From: Leptolyngbya sp. PCC 6406
Lineage (GTDB): Bacteria > Cyanobacteriota > Cyanobacteriia > Phormidesmidales > Phormidesmidaceae
Assembly (NCBI RefSeq): GCF_000332095.2
Contig: NZ_KI913949.1
Location: 2,682,205-2,706,204, forward strand
Direction: 5' to 3'
Length of the DNA: 24,000 nt
The position numbers were made by a program, and so were the translations under genes. Below the pieces are notes generated by a model. The model saw only the letters and a list, made by a program, of their open reading frames with translations, did no database searches and was not told the origin of the DNA. Below, in pieces: positions 8,830 through 17,521 of this stretch (its first letter is position 1; every line of letters starts with the position of its first letter).

Positions 8830-9148
8830 CACAGATTAAAATGTCTTAAACCCAGAGTAACCTAGTACTCTGCGGCGTCAATACCCTAATCGTTCTATCG
8901 TGGTACATCTCGGCCCCTCACCGTTCGGCTGAGCTCACGCCGAAGCCCTAACCCTCTCCCAAGGGGAGAGGGGACCGGAAAAATTGGCCTAGTGTGACGA
9001 TAGTGGACTGATTTACGCCCTACTGTACTAGCCTCAGAATGAACCGAAGACTAGGGTCTAAATTGCGCGATCGCGGCAGCGAACTTTCTAGACTATGGCA
9101 GTCAGGAACCGACACGGCGCAACCCTTAGTGTATTCCCGTCGAAGGAC

Positions 9149-9268
9149 TTACACTGCGGAACCGACCCCAGCGTAGGCTCCGTAGAAGAAAAGACCCACT
9201 ACCACAAGTACCCCTGTACCCGCGATCGTTGCCACCAGCCAGAGGGGGATTCGCCCATTTTCAAACAT
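9149..9268 (-). CDS. psbJ: Photosystem II protein PsbJ (39 aa)
   Basis: Hand translation of the minus strand gives [39 protein letters not shown]. It is not in the ORF track because it is too short. It is the last gene of psbEFLJ. Confidence 0.9.
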   Translation of the reverse strand: MFENGRIPLWLVATIAGTGVLVVVGLFFYGAYAGVGSAV

Positions 9269-9348
9269 GCGTTACAGCTCCTACCCAAGATATTCCAACA
9301 CAGCATCGATATGGGGATAAAGCCCAAGCTCTACCGCCCACCCATCAT

Positions 9349-9468
9349 TTAGTTAAAGAAGTAGCTAGAAAACAGTAGCCCCAGCACAAAAATTAACAGT
9401 AGGCCCAAAAACAGAGAGGTTCTGTTGAGCTCAACTGGTTGCTTATTAGGGTTTGGTGTCCGATCCAC
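9349..9468 (-). CDS. psbL: Photosystem II protein PsbL (39 aa, GTG start)
   Basis: Hand translation gives (M)[38 protein letters not shown], which carries the canonical PsbL signature. The start is 10 nt after the psbF stop. Confidence 0.9.
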   Translation of the reverse strand: MDRTPNPNKQPVELNRTSLFLGLLLIFVLGLLFSSYFFN

Positions 9469-9477
9469 AATAGGCTC

Positions 9478-9612
9478 CTATCGCTGAATAAACTGCATTG
9501 CTGCGATCGCGCCCAAGAAAAAGACCGTCGGAACGGCTAAGGCGTGAACAGATAGCCATCGAACCGTAAAAATGGGATAAACCGTAGGTTCGTTCGGGGA
9601 ATTACTAGTCAT
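9478..9612 (-). CDS. psbF: Cytochrome b559 beta subunit PsbF (44 aa)
   Basis: Hand translation gives [44 protein letters not shown], including the heme-ligand His in the RWLSVH context. Confidence 0.95.
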   Translation of the reverse strand: MTSNSPNEPTVYPIFTVRWLSVHALAVPTVFFLGAIAAMQFIQR

Positions 9613-9664
9613 TGATGATTCACCACTTAATTCAAACGCGGGTTGTTAACCGATCGAGGGACTC

Positions 9665-9913
9665 CTATTCGGCAAGGAAATCCTTAATCTGCTGCTTGGC
9701 ATCATACCGATCAGACACGATGGGCAGCTCCATCTGGTTGCTCTGATAGTATTCGTTCGGGCGGGGAGTGCCAAAGGCGTCATAGGCTAGCCCCGTACTC
9801 ACAAACAGCCAGCCTGCAACAAACAGGGCCGGAATGGTGATGCTGTGAATGACCCAATAGCGAATGCTCGTAATGATGTCTGAAAACGGGCGCTCGCCTG
9901 TAGAACCTGCCAT
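9665..9913 (-). CDS. psbE: Cytochrome b559 alpha subunit PsbE (82 aa)
   Basis: The ORF translation is [56 protein letters not shown]..., the canonical PsbE sequence. Confidence 0.97.
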   Translation of the reverse strand: MAGSTGERPFSDIITSIRYWVIHSITIPALFVAGWLFVSTGLAYDAFGTPRPNEYYQSNQMELPIVSDRYDAKQQIKDFLAE

Positions 9914-10035
9914 GCTAACCTCTCCTATGATTCAGATGCTTAAATTCTATTATCCAATGATACGGAACGCTAATCCCTGTCACAAGCCCATGTAGCGAAT
10001 TTCATAACTATGAAATAAAAGAAGAAAGCCGAAAT

Positions 10036-10050
10036 CCTTGTGGAACAAGG
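10036..10050 (-). terminator. Candidate terminator hairpin downstream of ycf48
   Basis: ccttgtggaacaagg forms a 5-bp stem with a 5-nt loop (ccttg/caagg). On the minus strand it is followed by the T-rich stretch atttcggctttcttctttt. Confidence 0.4.
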
Positions 10051-10115
10051 CTCATAGGTGTTCTTTTGAGTATGAAACTGGCCACAGGGGCATCAACCTA
10101 GGGAATCCTCCTCCC

Positions 10116-11150
10116 TTAGACTGCCGCCTTGCCCTCGTATCGCAGCAGATAGCCCCGCTGGCCGAGAATAAAGCCCTGCTCAGGGGACATAAACAGAATG
10201 CGATAAAAATTGGAAGGCACCGCGCTTAGCTCCTTGTCCTTATACCAGGTCTTGCCCCCATCCTGACTATTGAGCAAATTACCGCTGCCACCAGAAACCC
10301 AGATCTCATCAGGGGTGCGGTAGCCCATGTCTAGGAGCCCCCAACTAGAGGCAAGTTCGGGATTGAGGGGATCTTGCCAGCCGTCTTCACTTCCCGTTGG
10401 GGAAAATTGCAACTGCCCTCCCCGCGCAATCAGCCATAGACCACCGGACTTGTCGAAGCCAATATTCTGCAAGCGGCGGGAATTTTGACGATTGTGGGGT
10501 TCCCAGTCCAACTCCCCTGGGGTCCAGGTGGAGTAGAAGTTGCCTCGGGAAGACACCGCCACGTAACTGCCGTCTTCACTACGGGTCATGTTGCGGACCA
10601 CGCCTACGGCCCCTAAAACTAGAGCCTTCCAATTTTTGCCGCCGTCCTTGGTGCGATAAATCGCCCCCACGTCTGTGGCTAACTCCACTTCATTGGCCTT
10701 GAGGGCGGTGACCATGAAGGGGGTTCCCGGTAGTTTTTCACTCAGGGGCACCTTTTCCCAAGAGCCACCGCCGTCACGGGTGTGGAGCAAAATACTGGGT
10801 TGACCTGCAACCCAGCCTTCCTGGTCAGCAAAGCTGACGGAGGTGAATGTATAGCGTTGGTCTCCTAAATTTAGCGATCGCGGCTCCCAAGTCTTGCCGC
10901 CATCGGTGGTTTCCAACAGGGTGGTACGGCTCCCCACCAGCCAACCATGGCTGGGGTCTGCCGTAAAAGCAATATCAGAGAAGGTTGCCTCTGTCTCCAG
11001 AGAAATTACCTCCCACGGGTTAGAGTCCAAACTCGGCAAGAAAGCATTGCCACAGCTCACCGCCAGAATCGCCACCGCCGCAATGGCCAAAGACCGGCCC
11101 CTCAGGGCCATCGCCGCCCATCTTTTGATCTGAACCACCAAAGCTTGCAT
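10116..11150 (-). CDS. ycf48: Photosystem II assembly factor Ycf48 (HCF136 homologue), lipoprotein
   Basis: Shows beta-propeller repeat signatures (TTDGGKTWE, TRDGGGSWEK, TKDGGKNWK, SQDGGKTWY) and a signal peptide with Cys (AILAVSCGN). The probable start is ATG 11150 (MQALVV...), because the ORF-track start at 11267 adds an implausible leader. It lies between rubA and psbEFLJ, the conserved cyanobacterial arrangement. Confidence 0.93.
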   Translation of the reverse strand: MQALVVQIKRWAAMALRGRSLAIAAVAILAVSCGNAFLPSLDSNPWEVISLETEATFSDIAFTADPSHGWLVGSRTTLLETTDGGKTWEPRSLNLGDQRYTFTSVSFADQEGWVAGQPSILLHTRDGGGSWEKVPLSEKLPGTPFMVTALKANEVELATDVGAIYRTKDGGKNWKALVLGAVGVVRNMTRSEDGSYVAVSSRGNFYSTWTPGELDWEPHNRQNSRRLQNIGFDKSGGLWLIARGGQLQFSPTGSEDGWQDPLNPELASSWGLLDMGYRTPDEIWVSGGSGNLLNSQDGGKTWYKDKELSAVPSNFYRILFMSPEQGFILGQRGYLLRYEGKAAV

Positions 11151-11431
11151 CGGTAATAAATCGCCTAAATTAAAAAATCTACAGCTTGTTGTCGTAGCAG
11201 TGAGAATTCCAGCTTTACCGCTCTGTCCCAGGCTACTGTGTACACATATTCCGGCCCTCACCCCCAAGCCCTAGCGGCCTTCAACAAAGGGGGATGTAGA
11301 GCTTGCTCTTCCCGCAGGGTGGGGCAAGCCCTGTCCGCAAGGGTTCCAGGACTTGTGTATACACACTAGCGATCCACGAGAAGCCCCTGAGAATCGAGAC
11401 TGAAAACCCGAGAGCGCCAGATCCAGCGTTC

Positions 11432-11815
11432 CTATCTCAGCCCATAGAGGCTCAGAAAAAACAGCACCCCAAGCCCCAAAGCCCCAAAGATGAGGATGTT
11501 TTTTTGGCCGGGAGTCAAGGCATTCACCCCGAATCCGTAGCGGAGATTCTCCTTGAAACCAGAGGGTGAACCTACCGGGCCAATATTGCTGAACTGCTTC
11601 TGGGGTGCGCCACACACCGGGCAGCGCCAACTCGGAGGCAAATCCGTAAAGGCAGTGCCCGCCGCAATCTTCCCCCTATCATCCCCCTTCACGGGCTCAT
11701 AGGTGTAACCACAGGCGCGACATTCAAACTGATCCATCTCTCGGGGGCTCAGGGGAGCTTTGGCCCCGTCATCTCCAGTCTGAAATTCGGGCTCAGCATT
11801 CACGTCTTCTACCAT
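11432..11815 (-). CDS. rubA: Membrane-anchored rubredoxin RubA
   Basis: Has two CxxC pairs (CRACGYTYEP... WRCPVCGAP) plus a C-terminal TM helix (ILIFGALGLGVLFFLSLYGL). It lies upstream of ycf48. Confidence 0.93.
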   Translation of the reverse strand: MVEDVNAEPEFQTGDDGAKAPLSPREMDQFECRACGYTYEPVKGDDRGKIAAGTAFTDLPPSWRCPVCGAPQKQFSNIGPVGSPSGFKENLRYGFGVNALTPGQKNILIFGALGLGVLFFLSLYGLR

Positions 11816-11908
11816 GCTTCCTCCTACCTACGCTGCAATGGATCTTGCCGGGACGCTGCTGCATAACTGCCACAGACCAATGCTCATAACCACGACTAGC
11901 GCCTATAT

Positions 11909-11940
11909 CGCTTTATAGCTTTGGCGCTTTATAGCTTTGG
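11909..11940. repeat. 16-bp perfect tandem duplication (cgctttatagctttgg, 2 copies)
   Basis: Copies at 11909-11924 and 11925-11940, in the rubA/ndhC divergent intergenic region. Confidence 0.95.
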
Positions 11941-11989
11941 CCAACTTGCTAAGGATACTGGGCACCTGTGTGATGCTCAGGACTCCATC

Positions 11990-12017
11990 AAATTAGCTCA
12001 CAGAAATTAGCTCACAG
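11990..12017. repeat. 14-bp perfect tandem duplication (aaattagctcacag, 2 copies)
   Basis: Copies at 11990-12003 and 12004-12017. Confidence 0.95.
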
Positions 12018-12132
12018 TCTTGCCCTAAGGGACTCGCAGGAAAATATGTACCCGCTGATCCCTAACCGGACTGAGAACTGCCATAAGCGCTTGCGGCCTG
12101 TTCCAGAGGCTTAAATGAGACGTTTGTAACGA

Positions 12133-12161
12133 TTATGACATATAACGTCCTACTCTATAAT
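12133..12161 (+). promoter_or_regulatory. Candidate sigma70-type promoter for ndhCKJ
   Basis: TTATGA (12133-12138), a 17-nt spacer, then TATAAT (12156-12161), about 260 nt upstream of ndhC. This is a pattern match only. Confidence 0.3.
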
Positions 12162-12192
12162 TCCTGCGATGTTACTTTGAACTCACGGCAGC

Positions 12193-12269
12193 AAGGGCTT
12201 GCCCCTAGGGAACACAGCGGGGGCAGAGCCTCCGGCAGAGGTACCCAGGCAGAGCCAGGGCACCAGAAA
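12193..12269 (-). repeat. Dispersed 77-nt repeat, copy 2 (inverted relative to copy 1 at 4206-4282)
   Basis: See copy 1. It lies in the putative ndhC 5' leader. The listed ORF 12135..12338 is made largely of this repeat. Confidence 0.9.
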
Positions 12270-12420
12270 TACCCCCTTACCCCTCCCTCAATGCTCCCCC
12301 TCAAAAATTCTCAACCCCCAACCCTGTTGCCAGCCTGATGAATCGCCAAATGTAAATTAAGATGTTTACCAGTGTCGGGGCTGGCGATGGCTCTCCGGCA
12401 GGTTCAATCAGGTATTAGCC

Positions 12421-12783
12421 GTGTTTGTTCTCAGCGGATACGAATATTTCGTCGTTTTCCTTATTATTTGTGGATCGGTGCCGGTCTTAGCCCTAACCCT
12501 AGCTGGCTTTCTCAGCGCCAAGGGGCAAGGAGCCGCTCGACGCACCACCTATGAATCTGGTATGGAGCCCATCGGTGGCGCTTGGATCCAGTTCAACATT
12601 CGCTACTACATGTTTGCCCTGGTGTTCGTGATTTTCGATGTGGAGACGGTGTTTCTCTACCCTTGGGCCGTGGCGTTTAACCAACTGGGGATACTCGCCT
12701 TTGTAGAGGCCCTGATTTTTATCGCCATCCTCGTAGTGGGCTTGGTATATGCATGGCGCAAAGGAGCATTGGAATGGTCGTAA
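12421..12783 (+). CDS. ndhC: NAD(P)H-quinone oxidoreductase subunit 3 (NdhC), GTG start
   Basis: Translation is [25 protein letters not shown]...YESGMEP...[13 protein letters not shown]...[11 protein letters not shown], the canonical NdhC/NuoA sequence. Confidence 0.95.
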   Translation: MFVLSGYEYFVVFLIICGSVPVLALTLAGFLSAKGQGAARRTTYESGMEPIGGAWIQFNIRYYMFALVFVIFDVETVFLYPWAVAFNQLGILAFVEALIFIAILVVGLVYAWRKGALEWS

Positions 12784-13511
12784 AGCCTGAGGCTAGCAAG
12801 TCAATTCTGGCTCCAGACGAGCGAATGATGAATCCCGTGGGACCGCCGACGGTAACCCAAGATTTGTCTGAGAATGTCATCCTGACCACGGTGGATGATT
12901 TATACAACTGGACTCGCCTGTCTAGCTTGTTTCCCATGCTCTATGGGACTGCCTGTTGCTTCATTGAGTTCGCGGCCCTGATTGGTTCTCGCTTTGATTT
13001 CGACCGCTTTGGCTTGTTGCCCCGGTCGAGTCCCCGCCAGTCGGACCTGATTATCACCGCTGGCACCGTCACGATGAAGATGGCTCCAGCACTGGTACGC
13101 CTCTATGAGCAGATGCCGGAACCGAAGTACGTCATTGCTATGGGAGCCTGCACTATTACTGGGGGCATGTTCAGCAGCGACTCTCCGACCGCTGTGCGGG
13201 GGGTGGATAAGCTAATTCCGGTGGATGTGTATATTCCCGGCTGCCCGCCCCGCCCTGAGGCCATCTTTGACGCCATCATCAAGTTGCGGAAAAAGGTGGC
13301 CAATGAGTCTATGTCAGAGCGCGATCGCTTAGTCCAGACCCACCGTTACCATCAGGTCACCCATAAGCTGAAACCCGTTCCCCCTATTCTGACGGGGGAA
13401 TATCTGCGCTCCGGCACAAGGGAAGCCCCTTCGAAGGAGTTGATGGCGGCGATGGGAATGCCGGTGAACCCAGCGCTGGAGCAAGCTGAGGAGGAAGTGA
13501 GCAATGGCTGA
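12753..13511 (+). CDS. ndhK: NAD(P)H-quinone oxidoreductase subunit K (NdhK/NuoB)
   Basis: Contains [48 protein letters not shown] and PGCPPRPEA, the Fe-S cluster N2 ligand motifs. An alternative start at ATG 12774 overlaps the ndhC stop by 10 nt. Confidence 0.95.
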   Translation: MAQRSIGMVVKPEASKSILAPDERMMNPVGPPTVTQDLSENVILTTVDDLYNWTRLSSLFPMLYGTACCFIEFAALIGSRFDFDRFGLLPRSSPRQSDLIITAGTVTMKMAPALVRLYEQMPEPKYVIAMGACTITGGMFSSDSPTAVRGVDKLIPVDVYIPGCPPRPEAIFDAIIKLRKKVANESMSERDRLVQTHRYHQVTHKLKPVPPILTGEYLRSGTREAPSKELMAAMGMPVNPALEQAEEEVSNG

Positions 13512-14046
13512 GGAGAAAACAGCCCCCCAGGGGACAGAGCCGGAAGCCAGTGAAACTGGCTCCATTGTCGAAGCTGGGGACGTGTCTAAATGGTTGACGG
13601 AAAATGGCTTTGGCCACGAGATTCTAGAGCCAGATCACCTCGGCGTTGAGGTCTTGAAGGTTGAGCCCCAGTTCCTGATTCCCTTCTGTACGGCGCTGTA
13701 TGCTTACGGATTTAACTATCTCCAATGCCAGGGAGCCTATGACGACGGGCCGGGGGAAGCGCTGGTCAGCTTTTATCACCTGACGAAGGTGGATGACAAT
13801 GCTGATCACCCGGCGGAGGTTCGGGTCAAGGTGTTCTTGCCTCGGGATAATCCCAGGGTGCCTTCGGTGTACTGGATCTGGAAGGCGGCGGACTGGCAAG
13901 AGCGAGAAAGCTATGACATGTATGGCATTTTCTATGAGGGCCATCCAAATCTAAAACGGCTACTGATGCCGGAGGACTGGGTGGGCTGGCCCCTGCGAAA
14001 GGATTACATCTCGCCAGATTTCTACGAACTCCAAGACGCCTATTAA
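13504..14046 (+). CDS. ndhJ: NAD(P)H-quinone oxidoreductase subunit J (NdhJ/NuoC)
   Basis: Contains SKWLTENGF...[30 protein letters not shown]...[29 protein letters not shown]. Overlaps ndhK by 8 nt. Confidence 0.95.
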   Translation: MAEEKTAPQGTEPEASETGSIVEAGDVSKWLTENGFGHEILEPDHLGVEVLKVEPQFLIPFCTALYAYGFNYLQCQGAYDDGPGEALVSFYHLTKVDDNADHPAEVRVKVFLPRDNPRVPSVYWIWKAADWQERESYDMYGIFYEGHPNLKRLLMPEDWVGWPLRKDYISPDFYELQDAY

Positions 14047-14146
14047 GGGACTTTCGAGGAGCCTTAGAGGGTGTTTGATCGCTATGCCTGCTACCTAGTC
14101 GATGCAAAATCCTGAAACCCTCGATAACGAGTAGTGCTGTGTGCCT

Positions 14147-14181
14147 TCAAGAGGCGCGGTTATACATACCGCGCCTCTTGA
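14147..14181 (+). terminator. Strong hairpin downstream of ndhJ (operon terminator candidate)
   Basis: tcaagaggcgcggt (14147-14160) pairs perfectly with accgcgcctcttga (14168-14181) around a 7-nt loop. No long T tract follows. Confidence 0.6.
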
Positions 14182-14197
14182 TCTATCCGCACCTTTT

Positions 14198-14227
14198 AGA
14201 TCGGGAATATTGAGATCGGGAATATTG
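14198..14227 (+). promoter_or_regulatory. 15-bp perfect tandem direct repeat (agatcgggaatattg, 2 copies) ending 11 nt upstream of the hsdM ATG
   Basis: Copies at 14198-14212 and 14213-14227. Each contains GATC and the palindrome AATATT. The position suggests an operator or leader element. Confidence 0.4.
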
Positions 14228-14238
14228 GACTGATAAGC

Positions 14239-16692
14239 ATGGACAGCGCCGTACACAACAAGCTGGTCTCCCTGATCTGGTCGATCGCCGACGATTGCCT
14301 CCGCGATGTCTATGTACGAGGCAAATACCGCGATGTTATCCTCCCCATGTTTGTGCTGCGGCGGCTCGACTGCCTGCTAGAGGTCACAAAAGATGCCGTA
14401 ATGGAGGAGGTGCGCTTCCAGACGGAAGAAGTGGGCCTGACTGAATTTGACCCTGAGGCTCTGAAGCAAGCCTCAAGCCACGTTTTCTACAACACCTCAG
14501 ACTGGACTCTGAAGAAGCTGGTAGAAACGGCCTCCAACAATCGCCAGATCCTAGAGGCCAACTTCAAAGCCTACTTAGATGGCTTCAGCCAGAACGTCAA
14601 AGAGATTATCGACAGCTTCTACCTGCGCGACCAGATTCGGCGCATGGTGCAGGCTGATGTGCTGCTCGACGTGCTGGAGAAGTTCACCAGCCCCAACATC
14701 AACTTCAGCCCCCACGACACCACCGATCCGGATGGGCGCAAGCTGCCGGGGTTGAGCAACCTGGGCATGGGCTATGTGTTCGAGGAGCTGATCCGTAAAT
14801 TTAACGAAGAGAACAACGAAGAAGCCGGGGAGCATTTCACCCCCCGCGAGGTGATCAAGCTGATGACTCACCTGTTGTTTATGCCGGTGAAAGACCAGCT
14901 TCCCCCAGTGATGCTGATTTACGACGGAGCCTGTGGGTCAGGGGGAATGCTCACCGAGTCCCAGAACTTCATCAACGACCCGGAAGGCGGCATCAAGTCG
15001 GATACCAAGGTTTACCTCTACGGCAAGGAAGTCAACAGCGAAACTTACGCCATTTGCCAGTCGGACATGATGATCAAGGGCAATAGCCCAGAAAACATCA
15101 AGTTCGGCTCCACCCTGGCAACGGATGATTTCGGCGACATGCGCTTCGACTTCATGCTAGAAAATCCGCCCTATGGCAAGTCCTATAAGGCCGACCAGAA
15201 ATACATCCTGGATGGCAAGGAAGTGCTGGATCAGCGGTTTGTCGTGCCCCTGAAAAACTTCTGGGGTGAAACCACCCTGGAACCAGCAATCCCCCGGTCT
15301 TCTGACGGACAACTGCTGTTCCTGATGGATATGGTCAGCAAAATGAAGCCCCTCAGCCAGAGCCCCCTCGGTTCCAGGGTGGCCTCGATCCACAACGGGT
15401 CATCGCTGTTTACGGGGGATGCGGGCAGTGGGGAGAGCAACATTCGCCGCTACATCATCGAGAACGACTGGCTGGAGGCGATCATCCAGTTGCCCCAGAA
15501 CCTGTTCTACAACACAGGCATTTCGACCTATATCTGGGTGTTGTCGAACCACAAAGCCCCGGAGCGCAAAGGTAAGGTGCAGCTCATTGACGCTTCGGAG
15601 CTATACCAGAAGCTGCGGAAGAACCTGGGGGCGAAGAACTGTGAGTTTGCCCCTGAGCACATTGAGCAGATTACCCGCCTGTATCTGGACCTGGTGGATC
15701 AGCCAACGCTGCCCCCCAATGGGGACGGCGAACAACCGCCCCGCCCGATCTCGAAGGTGTTTCGGAATCGAGACTTTGGCTTTTATAAGGTGACGATTGA
15801 GCGCCCATTGCGGCTCTCGGCCCAGTTCACGCCAGAGCGGGTGGCGGCGCTGCGGTATGCGCCAGCGCTGGCGGAGGTGATGGCGTGGGCCTATGGCAAG
15901 TGGGGCGACGATATCTACACCACTCTGGCTGAACACAAGCAGGTAATTGAAGACCACCTTGAGAAGGAAGAAATCAGCCTGAATCCGAAGAACCGTAAGG
16001 CTTTGTTTACCCCTAAGACCTGGACGGCCCAGCGGGAACTGATGCAAGCGGCTGAGCAGCTTATGGAGTCGATCGGGCAGGATGAGTGGAGCAATTTCAA
16101 CGCTTTTTCAGAAGCGGTGTCGGACTCGCTGAAGGAGCTGGGGCTGAAGCTGTCGGCCAGTGAACAGAAGCAGATCTTCAATGCCGTGACCTGGCGGGAT
16201 GAGTCGGCGGCGAAGGTGGTAAAGAAGGCCCACAAGCTGAAGGGCGAGAAGTTGGCGGCGCTGCTGGCGGCGTTGGACACGACGGCGGCGCACCTGGCGG
16301 ACTTTGGCTACTGGCCCACGGAGCAGGCCGGGGTGTGGATTGAGTATGAGACCGACAGCGAGTTACGGGATACGGAAAGCATTCCGCTGAACTATGCCCA
16401 CTCTTCGAGAAGCGCAGAGCGCTACACCCCCAACCCCTCTCCCAACGTTAAGAGAGGGGGGCAACAAATCCATCACTACTTTTTGCAGGAGGTGCGGCCC
16501 CATGTGGGGGATGCCTGGATTGACCTGGACAAGACTCAGATTGGCTATGAGGTTAACTTCAACAAGTATTTCTACCAGCACAAGCCGTTGAGGAAGTTAG
16601 AGACGGTGGTTGAGGAGATTTTGGCGTTGGAGGAGAAGACGGAAGGGTTGTTGAAGCGGTTGGTGAGCTTTGGGATGGTAGCCGATGGCTAG
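14239..16692 (+). CDS. hsdM: Type I restriction-modification system methyltransferase subunit HsdM (long form, 817 aa)
   Basis: Has an HsdM N-terminal domain (KLVSLIWSIADDCLRDVYVRGKYRDVILPMFVLRRLD), SAM motif I (YDGACGSGGML) and catalytic motif IV (NPPYGKS). The C-terminal GYEVNFNKYFY region is typical of this HsdM family. Confidence 0.95.
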   Translation: MDSAVHNKLVSLIWSIADDCLRDVYVRGKYRDVILPMFVLRRLDCLLEVTKDAVMEEVRFQTEEVGLTEFDPEALKQASSHVFYNTSDWTLKKLVETASNNRQILEANFKAYLDGFSQNVKEIIDSFYLRDQIRRMVQADVLLDVLEKFTSPNINFSPHDTTDPDGRKLPGLSNLGMGYVFEELIRKFNEENNEEAGEHFTPREVIKLMTHLLFMPVKDQLPPVMLIYDGACGSGGMLTESQNFINDPEGGIKSDTKVYLYGKEVNSETYAICQSDMMIKGNSPENIKFGSTLATDDFGDMRFDFMLENPPYGKSYKADQKYILDGKEVLDQRFVVPLKNFWGETTLEPAIPRSSDGQLLFLMDMVSKMKPLSQSPLGSRVASIHNGSSLFTGDAGSGESNIRRYIIENDWLEAIIQLPQNLFYNTGISTYIWVLSNHKAPERKGKVQLIDASELYQKLRKNLGAKNCEFAPEHIEQITRLYLDLVDQPTLPPNGDGEQPPRPISKVFRNRDFGFYKVTIERPLRLSAQFTPERVAALRYAPALAEVMAWAYGKWGDDIYTTLAEHKQVIEDHLEKEEISLNPKNRKALFTPKTWTAQRELMQAAEQLMESIGQDEWSNFNAFSEAVSDSLKELGLKLSASEQKQIFNAVTWRDESAAKVVKKAHKLKGEKLAALLAALDTTAAHLADFGYWPTEQAGVWIEYETDSELRDTESIPLNYAHSSRSAERYTPNPSPNVKRGGQQIHHYFLQEVRPHVGDAWIDLDKTQIGYEVNFNKYFYQHKPLRKLETVVEEILALEEKTEGLLKRLVSFGMVADG

Positions 16693-17098
16693 GGATTTGT
16701 TTCATGATTTAGTTAGATCTGCGCTGGAAGCTGAGGGCTGGACGATCACCGACGATCCCTATGAAGTTAGGCTCGATCGCAGCAAGTTTCAAATTGATTT
16801 GGCCGCAGAACAAATCATTGCAGCAGAAAGGGATAGTACTAAAATTGCGGTTGAAATCAAGAGTTTTCTGAGTCCATCAGTTGTCACAGACTTTTATGCC
16901 GCATTGGGTCAATTTTTAAGTTATCGCTTGGTTTTGCAAGAGGTAGAGCCACAACGAATTCTTTATCTGGCTGTTCCTGTCGATAGTTATGATCGGTTTT
17001 TTTAATCTAAATTTGCTCAGTTAGCCTTACATGAATATCAACTGAAGTTGGTTGTCTATGATTCCGAAAAAGGAGACATTGTAGAATGGATAAGTTAA
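16685..17098 (+). pseudogene. xisH: xisH (XisH-family protein) interrupted by an in-frame TAA at 17003-17005
   Basis: The N-terminal 106 codons match the XisH family (ARDLFHDLVRSALEAEGWTITDDPY...KIAVEIKSF...LYLAVPVDSYDRFF). After the TAA the same frame continues as SKFAQLALHEYQLKLVVYDSEKGDIVEWIS*, the usual XisH C-terminus. That frame ends 13 nt inside xisI. Confidence 0.8.
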
Positions 17099-17421
17099 CG
17101 ATTTATCGTCAGCATATCAAAGCTTTGCTATCCCAGTATGCAGGTTGGGGTAAATCCAAGAAGCCGTATGAATCACAACTTCTATTTGATGAGACACATG
17201 ACCATTATTTATGGTTAGATGTGGGCTGGGATGGATCCAAGCGGATTTATCATCCGGTCATGCATTTTGATATTAAGGATGAAAAAATCTGGCTACAGGA
17301 AAATATGACGGATTTGAATCCGGCTGCGGATCTGGTGGATATGGGTGTGCCAAAGGCGGACATTGTGTTGGGCTTACAACCACCGTATAAGCGACCCTAC
17401 ACTGACTATGGGGTGGCGTGA
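17086..17421 (+). CDS. xisI: XisI-family protein
   Basis: Translation is MDKLTIYRQHIKALLSQYAG...DHYLWLDVGWDGSKRIYHPVMHFDIKDEKIWLQENMTD...VPKADIVLGLQPPYKRPYTDY, the canonical XisI sequence. Confidence 0.9.
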   Translation: MDKLTIYRQHIKALLSQYAGWGKSKKPYESQLLFDETHDHYLWLDVGWDGSKRIYHPVMHFDIKDEKIWLQENMTDLNPAADLVDMGVPKADIVLGLQPPYKRPYTDYGVA

Positions 17422-17521
17422 ACGGGGATAAGTCACCAACTTCTCTATAGGTGTCAATGAGCTTTTTACCCCTTGTAATTTTGGGATGTTGTGGGAGAAA
17501 GACTAAGTGGTTTGCCTTGGG

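Noticed and set aside
8886-9014. Possible MITE bounded by imperfect inverted repeats (taatcgttctatcgt ... acgatagtggactgattta) around the ccctctccc/gggagaggg hairpin
   Set aside because: The terminal inverted repeats share only a 7-nt perfect core (ctatcgt/acgatag), and no target-site duplication is evident. Support is too weak without genome-wide copy data. The internal hairpin is mentioned under the hsdM repeat finding.
9095-9352. Plus-strand ORF of 85 aa in the psb region
   Set aside because: It lies antisense to psbJ and psbL, whose minus-strand translations are canonical. It has no recognisable features.
11271-11630. ORFs 11271..11630(-) and 11303..11569(+) in the rubA-ycf48 spacer
   Set aside because: They overlap the rubA 3' end out of frame and consist of repeat-like intergenic sequence. 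No coding signature was found.
12135-12338. Plus-strand ORF of 67 aa upstream of ndhC
   Set aside because: It is composed mainly of the 77-nt dispersed repeat. Its product is low-complexity, and the same sequence occurs in the opposite orientation in another intergenic region.
16685-17421. xisH/xisI as a sign of a heterocyst-type developmental DNA excision element (fdxN-like)
   Set aside because: The window contains no XisF-type or other recombinase, no interrupted target gene and no element-border repeats. xisHI pairs are common outside excision elements, and here they sit inside an hsd operon.
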